Source of the DNA: Vermamoeba vermiformis
Lineage: Eukaryota
Assembly: GCA_045837725.1 (NCBI GenBank)
Contig: JBEWZL010000064.1
Location: 186,001-250,000 of the forward strand
DNA length: 64,000 nucleotides
Direction of reading: 5' to 3'
The position numbers and the translations under genes are program-made. Below are positions 40,734 to 55,770 of this stretch, piece by piece. The first letter of the stretch is position 1; each line of letters opens with the position of its first letter. The notes beneath the pieces are model-generated. The model saw only the letters and a program-made list of their open reading frames with translations. It did not search any database and was not told where the DNA came from.

Positions 40734-43093
40734 TCATGGGGTCCAACCGAATGCATGTGCTGTTGAGAATCGATTAGTCGTCGTTCAATCCTTGCATTCA
40801 AGGCCTCTACTTACACTGCAACGGCACGCGCAACAATTCATCGTCGGCAATGCAGACACGATGCAGTTTGTTGCGGAACAAATAGATCACTTCTAAGTGC
40901 TTCTCTTCGCCAGGGCACGGGTCATAAAATCCTACGAGACCAGCCTACGTAATTGCAAATTCAATGTCAAAAACGGATGTGTCACCTGTCGACTTTAATT
41001 AATGTACGAACCTTAGAGCCAGGATGCAAGTGCAGCTGCGAGTTCTCAACCAAGTACTGCAGGGGCACTGTAACGTCGATTACAAACGGATTCTCTTCGT
41101 CTTCTTCCTCGTCCAACTTCAACTCGCCCTGGTCAAACAAGATCGATTAATACACGATTACAGTTGAGATGACACTATTGGTGTGTTAAGGCTCGGTAGA
41201 ATTGAATTCTAAAGTCAGCAGTTGCGAGATACGATTCGAGATTGTATTTCGAAAAGTGTCAAAACTGTCAGTTAAGTAACACAACACGTACCTCGTTAGT
41301 TTGCGGCAATCGACCGTAACTCGCGTGTTGAATGATCAAGCCACCCTTCGCCTCTTCTTCTTCGCGCTTGCGAGCCACAGCAGGTTCCATGAGTTTGACG
41401 AATGATTCTGCTTTCTCTTTGGCCTCGCGCAGTGTTTCTTCTTGGTCTTTTCTCTTCTGTTGCAATTTTCTGCCAAAAAAGGTTAGAAATAATGTCTTTA
41501 GAATTATATGACGGCAACTTACTTCATCTTCTTGCGTGCTTTCATTGGCTCGATAATCAGTGCTTTGATCAACACTGTGAGTGTGGCGTGAGCAATCACA
41601 CCGGTGATGGTTTGAATCAATGATTTGCCCATCAAAATGAACGGGAACGAGTAACGCTGACCTAAACGAGTGAAACTGCAACAACATTAGCGCTTCTGTT
41701 TGACATGAAGTGTTCGCAACACTTACCCAAAGGTCAATGTGACGCCAGTCTGCGTATTGTAATTGAAGCCCAGAATGAATTTAGACAAGTTTGAAATGCG
41801 ACGAATGACAGCGTAATCAACAGCAAAGCCTGAAGTGGTGATGCTGATCGAGCCTGAGCCCGCAGAGTTCTTGTCGAGGGTTGTTTTACCCGCCAGACTG
41901 AGTGACACGTCGCGCGAGTCAACCTCAATCGAAGTGGTGTGATAGTAGTCCTCAGTCTGCGTTGTGAAGCCAATCTTCATGTTCGGATTGACACCTTGAC
42001 GCAGTGACCAGAAGATGTGTGAGTTCTCTGTCAACTTGCGCACCAACAATACGTCCAGACTTGTGCCGCGCGCGTACTTTGAAAACGTCAAATAGCCCTC
42101 ACTAGCGACAGATCATTAGCGTTAGTATTGAACCTCAACTAGTATCTCTCAGTGCACGTACTTGCTCGCTGAAAATTTCCTCCAGAAACCAACCTGCGCG
42201 AATCTATTCACCAAGTTTGTACCAGTCTGCACGGAAGTATTAATGCTTAATACTCTCATATAGTAATGATATAGGGACACGTACATTAATAAAGCCAAAT
42301 GATCGCGATGAGAATATTTTGCGGTAATTAGCAGTGACAGCACCAGTACCACGGCCATTGCCCGCTGAGATTTGTGCCTCGATTGTCAAAATATCTTTTT
42401 CTGTGATTGGCACCTGTTCGCGACAGCACTCAGTTAAACACTGTCCAAATAAGGAAATTCCATTAGCGTACCTTGACACGTTCGCTGATAGACATGGCGA
42501 GCACTTCAACAAACGAGCGTTGTCCGCGCAAGACGTGATTGATGTCGTGCAGGGCCATGGACGTGACGATGTTGCCGCGCAAATGCACGCGCTCTTCAAT
42601 GTAGTCGTCTTCTTCTTTGCGCTTCATCTTTTCGAAAAGCCGAAGAAACTTGAGCAGAAATTAGCATTGTGCAAATTAATTATTAAGAGTATCTGACGCA
42701 TGGATAATGATATCCGTGTATAATAATTAAATTATAATTACCTCTTCTGGTGTTTTAATTTTTTCGCCAAGTTCTTTGCCGGATTTGATACCAGCCACGC
42801 CGTAAACATCGTAAATTTTTCTTTTGCCCTCATCGTGTAATATATCAAATGCTTCTTTTATATCGTGAAACCGCTGTTCTGCTAATTTTTTTTGTTCTGG
42901 ATCTCTAATTTTATCGGGGTGAAATGTTTTTGCTAACTTTCTGTACGCTTTGGCGATGTCATCTTTGGTTGCCTAAATTAATTGTAATATTAAATATGCA
43001 ATTTTTAATCATCATTGCACCATTGAAGTTAAATGAACTTACATCCCGCGACACGCCCAAAAGCGCGTAGAAGTCACTTGTCGCCTTGTTCAT
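40734..43093 (-). CDS. DNAJC11: DnaJ homolog subfamily C member 11
   Basis: J domain with HPD (FHPDK), predicted beta-rich middle, and C-terminal [34 protein letters not shown] (DUF3395). Confidence 0.92.
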
Positions 43094-43320
43094 AAATGCT
43101 TCTACTAATCAACACGTATCTCCTACCTCACTACGTACGTGGCAACTAAACAAGTTTTGAAATAATGGCGGGATCTAATTTTTCTTCGGATCAGTTTTTG
43201 CGAGAGAATTTCAGCCAAAACTTTTTGGACTGCTGTATTTCCTTGTCGAAACGACACTTCACCTGTCAATTTGGCTACTAGAACATAGCGCACATTGCAT
43301 TCATGGGATGACGCGAGCAA

Positions 43321-45681
<2,361 letters not shown>

Positions 45682-45800
45682 ATATTGCTCTAGTGTCAGA
45701 GGGCGAGACCCCGCACAATGTATAGTTGAACTGTGTAAAATATCAAAGTGACCACGCGTCATTCGAATGTAATAAATACTTTATTATTTAACGCTTTACA

Positions 45801-47020
45801 TCAATTCGTGTGCGGCACTCGTTCTGGAGTTCCGTACCAAACAAAAGGCTATAAAAGGAAACCGTGAGAAATTGTTGCAAAGACAGAGGTGATTGATTAG
45901 ATCAAGTCAAAACTTACTTTCACCTGCTCGTTATTAGCATCAACGATAAAGTACTGCGGGGTTAATGTACAAGTGGGACTGTATCGCGTGCCTTCTAAGC
46001 GTGTCGTGGCCAGCACTTTGTATTTGCCTAGTCGGCCTATCGTTGATACGAGAGGTTAGTGCACGTGCCAGGTGACATGTTTCACACAAAATATCAGTGA
46101 CACAATCACGCAATAACGCACCTGCATCAACGTATAACATGAGCGAGTCCATCATTTTATGCGCGCCAAATTTAGTGATTTGTTCGCTGTGGCCAAAATT
46201 TTTGACGGCAAAGAAAAGTGCTTGCTCGAGTTCTTTCATTTGTTTTGGATTGTCTAACGGCTCGCGATCAATCACGCCCAACACACTTTGTTTCGTCACG
46301 GCCCACTTCAAGTCCCACGACTTGCCGCCGTGCACGTCAAATGAGCCTTCCCAGCCCTGTGCGTAGACGATGTAGATCTCGGGCGAAAATTGTTCCATTT
46401 TCGGGATGTGCGTGCAGTCTGAATCGGTGCTCGTGCTGCTTCGATAAAACGTTTCATAAACGTCACTAATCTTCCTTTTAATTTCTGTCTCGAACTCAAC
46501 TGAAAACAAAATTAGATCAGATTATTGACATGTCAAACAGTGTCAGCCATTAAAAGAGCCTATTTATAGACAATAATAATAGTACTTACCTAGCTCAATG
46601 ACGTTGTTAATATTTCCTTGCGAATCTTTTTGTACAGGTTTTGAATTGTCGTACGACCAAACTCCATCCACAATGAACTGTTAAATGATGAGCGTTAACA
46701 AAATACGCCGTATTAATGGTTAGTATAATCGATATACTTTGTATTGATATGTTCCTGGGCCAAGCAGTTGCCACGCCACAAAAGTGCCATCTTCATCTTT
46801 GTGCATGGGCTGATCTGTCGCCCAGTCATTGAATTGACCTGTTATCAATGGTCATTAACATTAATAATAGCCCATGTTATTTAAGCATTGCACAGTACTG
46901 AAAAAGGAGCGACGCGGTTTAGGATATTAAAGCAATATTTACTATTGCAATTATAAACGCACCTGAGAGAAAAACTTCTTTTCCTCCATGAGGCCAAATG
47001 AATTTAATACGACTTTGCAT
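45801..47020 (-). CDS. AMPK-beta-type CBM48 glycogen-binding domain fused to an unknown C-terminal domain
   Basis: Spliced N-terminus KFIWPHGGKEVFLS|GQFNDW..GTYQYK|FIVDGVW..KDSQGNINNVI. The C-terminus (..QVK|PFVWYGTPERVPHTN*) lacks the AMPK-beta ASC motifs. Confidence 0.75.
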
Positions 47021-47526
47021 GGTGGAAGTATAATTGTTATACTGTCAGCTGTTACTGCAAGTGACAGGTTAGCAAGGATCCAACAAAAAACGCGAAAATC
47101 TTTTTTTCATAATATTAAAATAAATCAATCGTAGTGTTAAAAAGATATTAACTGTTAGTCGAATTATGATATTAAAATAAATTATTTAAACAATTATTTG
47201 GGTTTAAGAAGTGATCTAAGTTTCCATTCGAATTTACTCTTGCTAAACGCAGCCCGACACTATAAACAATACATGCAGCGTGTACATACCCTCGTCAATA
47301 TCATGATAGCTGAGCCGGGCTTTGTGGGTGATGACACGCGCTGAAATCAATAAATTCTCCTTTTTTTGTGCTCACACTGCACGCACAACAGAGAAATCTC
47401 CGCGATGATCACGAGCAGTCACAACTGTTTAAATTCATTTATATACGAGTATTTATTACATTCAATTGTACAAGTGGTATTTACATCATTCAGAACGTAG
47501 ATCAGAGAGCGGATGCGCTGTCAGTC

Positions 47527-49299
47527 TTACATGACCACGCAGCCCTTTTTCGTGTTTTTCGATTGAATTTTGTTAATGTCGTCGTTCAACTGTTGGAAAT
47601 TAGCTTCAGTAGTCGTGTCATTGACGAACACTTCGAACTTCATTTGGTCGTGCTGGATCTTGAACGAGGCTTTGAACATGAACAGCTGCACATTGAACCA
47701 CGACAACTTGTTGAGTGAACTCATCTGCGCACCGAGTTCTGTCATGCTGCGGAGAGGGTCAGTAGCAGATCTGAAAACAGGATCGTAGCTGTGACACGTA
47801 CCTCTCAGGAACTTTCTTCCTGTTGTCAAAGTAAGCCTTAATGATGGACTTCTCGATCACTTTGCGCGCCTCTTCAATGTCAGTCATGAGATCCAACTCA
47901 ATGTTCGGATCAGGCATGTTGAGCTCTGCTGCAATCACCCTAAATGCGTCAGATAAGTTAGTCTGAGTTCGTCACATAGTAGTGCCCAACACCTACTTCT
48001 TCTCTAGCAACAAGTGGTGATAGCCAATGTTCATGCGAGTGAGAGTCACGAGTGATGTCAACACAGGCAGCAGGGGTGTCTTGCCGCTGACAATGTCGTC
48101 CTTGAGCTTGGGCTGTTCTCTGAAGGCTCTGTTCACCAAGATGTCAAACACTGCCCACGCCCAGCTCAGTTCACGAATGCGCGAGGCCGCTTTGTTCGTC
48201 GTTGGACTAGCACCAGATTCAGCGATGATTTGTTGCAGCATTTGTTGCAGACTTCCTTCAACGATGACCACCACGCGCTCGAGCTCTTTGACTTGCTCTT
48301 TGCTCAGTTGTTGGTGAAATTTGGCCTTGAGGCGCGTGCAGATCAGCTTGGTCCACTCGTTCAGTTCGCCAGAAGATATTACTTTATCTAACAACGCATC
48401 AAAGGACCACTGTTGACCCACAACCCAATTCCACCAATCACCGTCGTTCAAAGACAGTTCAGGCGAGCGTGTAGGCACAACAGAGGCCTCCATCTTGTGT
48501 TGGACGTCGCGAATCGAGTGAAGGAATTGATCCACGGTCTCTCTTCGTTGAATAATTTCTTCCATGCTGCCGTCAGCACTGCGACCATCCATAACAGACA
48601 TATACATCGCATCTGAGCCATCAGTGCGAGCACTATCGCTTGATTTGGAAGCCGATTCGTTAGAATTCGTTTGTGCAGAGCTTCCTTTGGCCAGATCAGT
48701 CAAAATTTCATCCAATACTTTTCTGCGCTCCTTGGCATCGAGGCTGTCATCACTTGACTCGCTGCGAAGGAGAATAGAATAGCTTTTCCAAAGATCGTCG
48801 ATAAATTCGTCTCCTAGCAGCAAAATAATTTTAATATTGATGCAAAATATTAATATACCTCATATTAAAACGAAGAGGCATTTTTAGAAGATTTTAGCAG
48901 ATAATTTAAATTATTCTTACGATTTTGCTGAACTTCTGGCTCTGGTGTAGGTGTTGGCTCTGGCGTCTGGACTACGACAGGTACGTCTTTAGGAATAACT
49001 TTGGGCTTTCTCTCATAATTTCCAATAATAGTAGCATTCTCCGGCACCAGATCGGAATTGCCTGCGGCCGTAATCGAGATCTCGTTTCCTTCCAAAAAGC
49101 ATTTATCCAGAATGCTAATAGCAACCACTGCGCTCTCTTTGGTATCAAATTCTATCAACGCAGAATGCGCAGGCTGTCCAGGAGCACGGAACAAGCGACA
49201 AGTCTTCATCTCGCCGCAGACGCTTTCAAACGTGCTGACAACGGACTCCAAAGGTATGACTGGACTCAAATATCGCACTAATATAATTGGTTTGTCCAT
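47527..49299 (-). CDS. RRM-containing protein with a C-terminal polybasic region and CaaX motif
   Basis: N-terminal RRM (ILVRYL..HSALIEFDTKESAVVAI..LEGNEISI), helical middle, ends KNTKKGCVVM*. Confidence 0.65.
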
Positions 49300-49907
49300 G
49301 CTTTGTTGTTGCTCATAGAAAAAGCTAAAAAACTAATTACTGAATGGACTAACCTTCGCATTTTTTCAGGAGCGGACGAAGAAATTTCAATAGATCTCCA
49401 GGCAGAGACGTCCGCGGACGCATATTCAAGCTCAATCTAGGCTTATCAATTTGATATTTTATGACGGATCAGGGCCGGACTGAAGCGCCATGGAGAACCT
49501 CCTCGAGACAAGCTCAAATCTGCTAGCGGATCGAGAAGAGAAGATCTGAGTAAAGGCTTGATCAACCGTACGCAAGATCTAAGAATAGCTCGTCGGAGAA
49601 GCAAAATCTCCTGATAACGCGCTTTAAATCCCAAAACAATTGGTTGAAATTGACTTTTATGGCAGTCAAACTTTAAAATTGCCAAAAGTTCAAATCGGTG
49701 CAACGCGATCGCGGTAAGAGCAAGAAAATTAAGACTAATACACCTAGGCGCAATAGAGATAACATTTTAAAAATAATTCGCTGCGCAAACCGCTCAACTT
49801 AGTTCCCAAAGGTGACATTTGACGCGTCACGTGGCGGCAGGCTTAAAAGCATTTCGCTTCAGAACATTATTTCATTCTCTTCATAACCTAAGAACAAACC
49901 TCTACAA

Positions 49908-52900
49908 ATGTCGTACCGAGACGACGGCTTCAGAAGTCAAGGCGGTCGCAACAATAACAACAGCGGCAACAACCGTCAGGGCGGTTACAACAACAACTAC
50001 AGCGGCAACAACAACCGCCAAGGCGGCTATGACAATCGCGGAAGAGGCGATGGCGGTCGAGGTGGTGGTCGCGGCGGTGGTCGCGGTGGTCGCGGAGGAC
50101 GCGGCGGCTTTGCTTCTGAGCAACAAGGTACGATTGTACGGTGGATAGGATCTTGCAATTTCTAATTCTTTGATTTCAGATAAAGTACTGACGCTTCGTC
50201 CAACCGATGGTAGAGTCCTCGCCAACTACTTCAAGCTTAACATCAAAGCCGCGGCTGAATCGGTCTACAAGCATGGCATTGACTTTAATGTAAGGATCCC
50301 TTTTTTCATGAATACCGGAATTGACGAACCGATTAGGGAGAAGAAAGTACCTTTGTTCGTCGCAAAATAATCAACAAGCTTCTTCAAGACATCTACGGCG
50401 CAGACCTTAAGAATAGTAAGTAGCTCAGATCAAATCCGTTTGTTTCCAAAAATAGCTCCTTACCGATTTATTTTTTAGTTGAGTCCTCGATCTTGTTTGA
50501 CGATACCTGCATCTACTCTCGCATGATCTTGAAGGTCAAGCAAGGAGCGGATGTGGATGTCCAAGTCGGCAAGTCGGTTTATGTCATTACGCTGGTCTCC
50601 GTCGCTAAAGTCAGCGACAACGATCCACAGTTCCTCAATCTTGTCTTCAATGCGGCCATGAACAAGTCTTCGCTTCAACGCATCGGTCGTGGCCACTTTG
50701 ACAAGAAAGAGCTCGACGTGTCAAGATTCAACAAGGCGCGCGACTTGCAAATCTTCCCTGGCTATCGAACTGAGGTCATTCAAAAGCTGGTGGCCACTCG
50801 CGACAAGATAACTACGCTTGTCAACATCGACACCATCTCGAAGGTCTTGTGCAAGAGTAAGTTCAAAAGTCCATGCTAAAACAACCGTTACTAACTTACG
50901 CAATTATAGTCACCGTTGCCGATACCTTGTATGACATTCAAGGCGACAACAAATGGACCCCTGCTTTGAAGAAAAAGGCTTGCGGTGCTCTCGTCAACAC
51001 GATCGTGTACACTAGGTACAACTACCAAGCGTACACGATTGAGGGCATTGACTTTGAGCGCAACTCGCTCTCGAAGTTCTCTTGTCGCAACCGACGCACG
51101 GGCAAGGAGGAAGAGCAGACCTACGTCAAGTACTACGCTGAGAAGGGCGAGGTCATTCAATATCCTGATCAACCTCTTCTCAAGGCCAAGGGTCGTAACG
51201 GAGCTCGAATCCATCTCGTCCCTGAGCTGTGCTTACTCACTGATTTGTAAGTATTAGCTAATTTGTTTGCCTCGATTACTCAGTTCTAATAAATCGTAGG
51301 CAACCTGAGGCAAAGGCAGACTTGCCCAAGATCTGCAGTGTCAAGCCACCCGAGCGCATGACTCGCATCAAGAATCTGCCTGAGCAGCTGATGGGCTCTG
51401 AGAAGTCGAAGAATCTGCTGAACAGCTTCGGCGTCTCTGTCGAGGCTGAAATGGTGCCCGTGCCAACCAAGCTCTTGCCCGCACCGACTCTCTACATGCC
51501 TGGCAAGAAGGGAATCTTCCAGTATGAAGGTATGAGGGATTGATTGACAATGCTGGTAACCAATCTGACAATTTGAACAGGTCCCTTCGGCCCAGCTACA
51601 GCGCGAGACTTGTTCTTTGGTTCGAAGGCTCCTCGCTCTCTTTTCATCATTGTCACCTACGACGACTACAAGGAGTGTTTTGACCTCATGAACACTTACT
51701 TGAAGGAGATCTCCTTGCAACTCAAAGAGAAGCAATCTCCAATCGTCGTGGGCCGCGTCGAGCGTATCCCCATCAAGCAGGGCGAGTACCACGTTCCAAG
51801 CTTGACCGCCGCCTTGAACAAGTTGCCCAAGAAAGAGGACGCACAAAATGTTCTCTACTTGAGCTTCTTGTACAACAAGCGCATGAACAAAGACAACTAC
51901 AACTCGATCAAGGAGTTCTGCCTTCATACTGGCATCATCAGTCAGAACATTGATACTGCTAACGCTAGACATATGAAGAACTCTCAAACGATCGCTGCCA
52001 ACATTACCGTAAGTTAGCACTTAGAGTCTATATTCGATATTTACAATCTGCATCAGAAACAAGTCATGAACAAGTTCGGTACTCTGTGCTGGTGGGCTCC
52101 TATCCACACCTTGTCGCCTGCCTTCGCCAAGAAGACTCTCATGTTCATTGGCATTGATGTCTATCATGCGAAGAAGACGTAAGCACTCGCTTCGCTTTAC
52201 GATGACGTGTGTGACTAATGATCTACTCAGCTTCGAGGAGAAGGACAAGTGGTACAGACAACGCCGTTCTATTGGTGCGTTCATTGCCGTAATAATCACT
52301 CCTGATGGCAAGTTTCACACTTCGTGTCACGTTAATCCTCACCGAGTAAGTAGCCGCAAAACAATACGAAATGATCTGACTCCTGTTCTTCAGGCTCGTC
52401 GAGAGTTGATCAGCGCCAGTGACAGCGAGACCTCTTCCATGGCATCCGGACGCAGCTCGGGCTCTGGAGATGATGAAGAGAAGGCTGGCAGCGAGAAGCT
52501 CGAGGGCTTTGGCATCACCCAAAAGGACGCCCTGCGCGAGTTCATCAACCGCACCATGGCTGAGCACAATGTCAAGCCTGACTTTATCATCGTATATCGT
52601 GATGGTGTTGCTGAGAGCCAGCTCGATCAAGTCGTAAGTACTTCACTCGATACACATCACTATCGCATGATCTAACCCTTCACAGAAAGCTCAAGAAGTC
52701 AAGCAAGTCCGCGCCGCATGCAGCAGCGCCGCACTGACCTACATTGTGGCTCAAAAGAGAATCAGCACTCGCTTCATGGTGAAAACCTCTAATGGTGAAG
52801 TCGGTAATCCTTGCCAAGGCACCGTCGTTGACGAGTTCAAGTCTACGATCTACGATGACTTCTACTTGATCTCTCTCGTCAACAACATCAGTAAGTAACG

Positions 52901-53176
52901 CGCACTGCTCACTCAATTCAGTACTGACCACTCCATCCTGCAGGCACTGTCAAACCCGTGCGTTACGTGGTGATCGAAGACGACAAGAAGATCCCTCGTC
53001 CTGACTTGCTACAAGTGACTAACACGCTCTGTTACTTGTACCCCAACTGGGCTGACGCCATCAAGTTGCCTTTCCCCACTCAACTCGCGCACAAGTTGGC
53101 GTACCTCATGGGCGAGATCAAGGTTGACGATCCTCGCCTCCACGAGAGCCTCTTCAAGACTTACTGCTACTTGTAA
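49908..53176 (+). CDS. Argonaute/Piwi family protein
   Basis: RGG-rich N-terminus, ANYFKL, PAZ (VYTRYN..YY..DQPLL..HLVPELC), MID (YNSIK..ISQNI..NKFG), PIWI (FIGIDVYH, YRDGV, QKR, GTVVD, AHKLA, YCYL*). Confidence 0.95.
49950..50110 (+). repeat. Coding low-complexity repeats: NNN(Y)SGNN(N)RQGGY x2 followed by RGG repeats
   Basis: Duplicated aac...agcggcaacaac...ggcgg unit and ggtggtcgc repeats. Confidence 0.8.
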
Positions 53177-53487
53177 GTTGATGGCGTGCAGGGCGCTGCA
53201 TAAGCGATGTACATAGCTGTTTTTCTTTTAGTTTTTGAATTCCGGATTCAGCACTCCGACAATTCATTTTTGATTTAAGCATCGAATTATTTATAGATTG
53301 TAGTTTTATATTCATTGTAGTAGATTGATAGAATAAAAGTTTCAGCAACTTATTCTCGGAGATTCGAACACGTGATGGAGCTGCCACGTGTTTTTGCTCA
53401 CCACGAATATTTTGTCGTGTGCAAAAGACTTGTCATTATTTTGAATATTAGACGATAGTAGAAGTCAAAGCATTGTATATTAACAAA

Positions 53488-55658
53488 ATGACTTCACTTA
53501 CAGTCACTCACAACTTCAAATCTGTAAATATTTCTGTAACGCCTAGCACCCCTCTAGCTCAAGTATTGTCTGATTTTTGCAGCAAAAATTCACTCAATCC
53601 CGATGATTGGACATTGACTAGCAAGAATAAAGAGCTGGATCTGTCTTTGACCTTTCGTCTTTCTGGATTAGTTTCAAACTCAAAATTAGAATTAAAACGA
53701 CGACAAGTCAGTGTTGCAGATTGTAAGTATTCATAATTTCTCGTTGAATTAATATTACAAATAAATAATTGAATTTCTGAAATTTTTTCCATCTGCTACT
53801 CAGTCTTTTTTTTGTTAAATTAATTATAATGCGCTCCAAAATACTCACAAAAATATCGTTTAAATAGCACAAGTCACGATCGCTCTACAGCTTCCAGAAG
53901 GAGGTCGAGTTCAAGGCGTTTTCAATCCGCAAACCTCTTTGTGGGCTATTATTAGTCATTACGAACAGAATTTAAAACAAAATTTTACTAAGAATGAAGG
54001 GCCAGTAGAAGGCTCTAAAGATAAGACACCTGTTTACAAACAACCCGTCATCAATTTTACAAACAAAGAAGTACGTACTCAGATCCATTCCACTTTATAC
54101 CTGTATTAACCTTGATTTCTAGATTGCTACTAATAGAGAGTTGCGAACAACGACATTGCAGTCCCTGGGTCTCACTAAAGGCAGTGGTCTGTTGCGATTC
54201 TTCTTCAGACCATCGACCAAATCATTGGCTCAAGTAAGCAGAGCGCCGTCAATCTTGACTCAATTTTATTAATTTTATTCTTTGTAGATTGAAGAGGAAG
54301 AGAAATTGATTGAAGAAGAGACTAAGGTCCGCGAAGAAGAACAAGAACAGGTCAAAAAACAAATCGCTGAAAAAGAACAGGCTGAGCGCGACAAGAAAGC
54401 ACAAGAAGAGCGCGAGAGACAACAACAGACCTTTGCGTAAGTGGCTCTTGTGCGCCAGTAGCAGTTATTTAATACTAACGGGTGCACAGTTATGAAGAGG
54501 AAGAGCGTCGCAAATTACAAGCACGTGAAGCAGAATTGAAAGCCGAAGCTGAACGACGTGCTCAAGCAGAGAAAAAGAGATTGGAACAACTCGATCAACA
54601 CGAGCGCGAGAAGGCTATACAAGAACGTGTCATGTTTGAGAAGTGGAAGGCTGAAAAGGAGCGCAAAGAACTTGACATGCGTGCCAAGCAGCTGAAAGAC
54701 CAAGAGGAGTGGGACGCGTGGGTGCAAGGCAAGACCACCAGCACGAACACGAACACCAACCTGAGCACGAGCAGCGACAAGATGGAGATTGACGAGCCAA
54801 TCAAACAAGTCAAGCCGTTAGAGGACAGACAAATCAAAGTCTTCGCACCAGCCAGCGCACCATTTGATCCTGCCACGAGTAAGTATCAAATATGACACGT
54901 GTCAAACAGTGACCAGTACTAATGACGTGTTATATTAGTTGAATTGCCCGAAGATTTCTACAACGTGACAAAAGAAGATTTGGACCGAGAAATGCGCGCA
55001 CGAAATGAACGACGTCGTCAAGAAGAACAAGACAAATCGCACTTGAAGACACGTGAAATGCGCGAAATGGAACGACTGCAACGACTGAGCAAGTGGAACA
55101 AGACAATGATTCGCATCAGATTCCCTGACCGTGTTGAACTTCAAGCCAATTTCTTGCCCAATGAGTACACGTAAGCTCAGTTGGTTGTGTTAATGTTGTT
55201 GATAACAGCGTTACTAATGCACCCTCAGAAACACTTTAGTTGACTTTGTACGAAGTAATCTGGCAGATCCATCGGTCAATTTCTATTTATGTAAGTGTCG
55301 CGCTGTAACTGATCCATGATTCCTAAATTAATCTATTCCAGATACAAGCCCGCCTATTCAAAGACTGCCTATGAACAAGACGTTCATGCAGCTCAGTTTC
55401 TTGCCCGCAGTGCTCGTGCACTTTGGTCTCGAGCAAGGCAGTCAAGTCTACGGCTCGTTCTTGAAGAAGGACTTGTTGGTTGAAATACAAGAGAAATTGC
55501 CTCCCCCTATCATGCACGTGTCAGCCGTTGAAGTGTCAAGCAGTGTCAACCCCGCGCCTGTCACGCAGACCAACACGAACACCAATCGCAACACAGAAGA
55601 CAAGCCCAAGAAGACAGCGGACAAATCAGTGGTGCCCAAATGGTTCAAAAAACAGTAA
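53488..55658 (+). CDS. ASPSCR1: ASPSCR1/TUG (UBL1 + UBX) p97 cofactor
   Basis: LDLSLTFRLSGLVSNSKLEL, ELPEDFYNVTKED, LKTREMRE, IRIRFPDRVELQANF, C-terminal VPKWFK. Confidence 0.9.
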
Positions 55659-55770
55659 TGTGTCATAGTACAGTAATAGAACTGCAATAAATTTTTCTTC
55701 CTGTAAAGTGAATGATTACAAGTTGAACTAATGATAAATTTCAGATCTCATCAAAAATATTCAATTTATT

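Noticed and set aside
45953-45992. Apparent GC-AG intron (AAG|GCACGC..CAG) in the CBM48 gene
   Set aside because: After removing the upstream GT-AG intron, the frame reads straight through (RLEGTRYSPTCTLTPQYF), so no intron is needed.
47320-47345. GTGATGA..CTGA box C/D pair
   Set aside because: The boxes are only 6 nt apart, too short for a snoRNA, with no supporting outer boxes.
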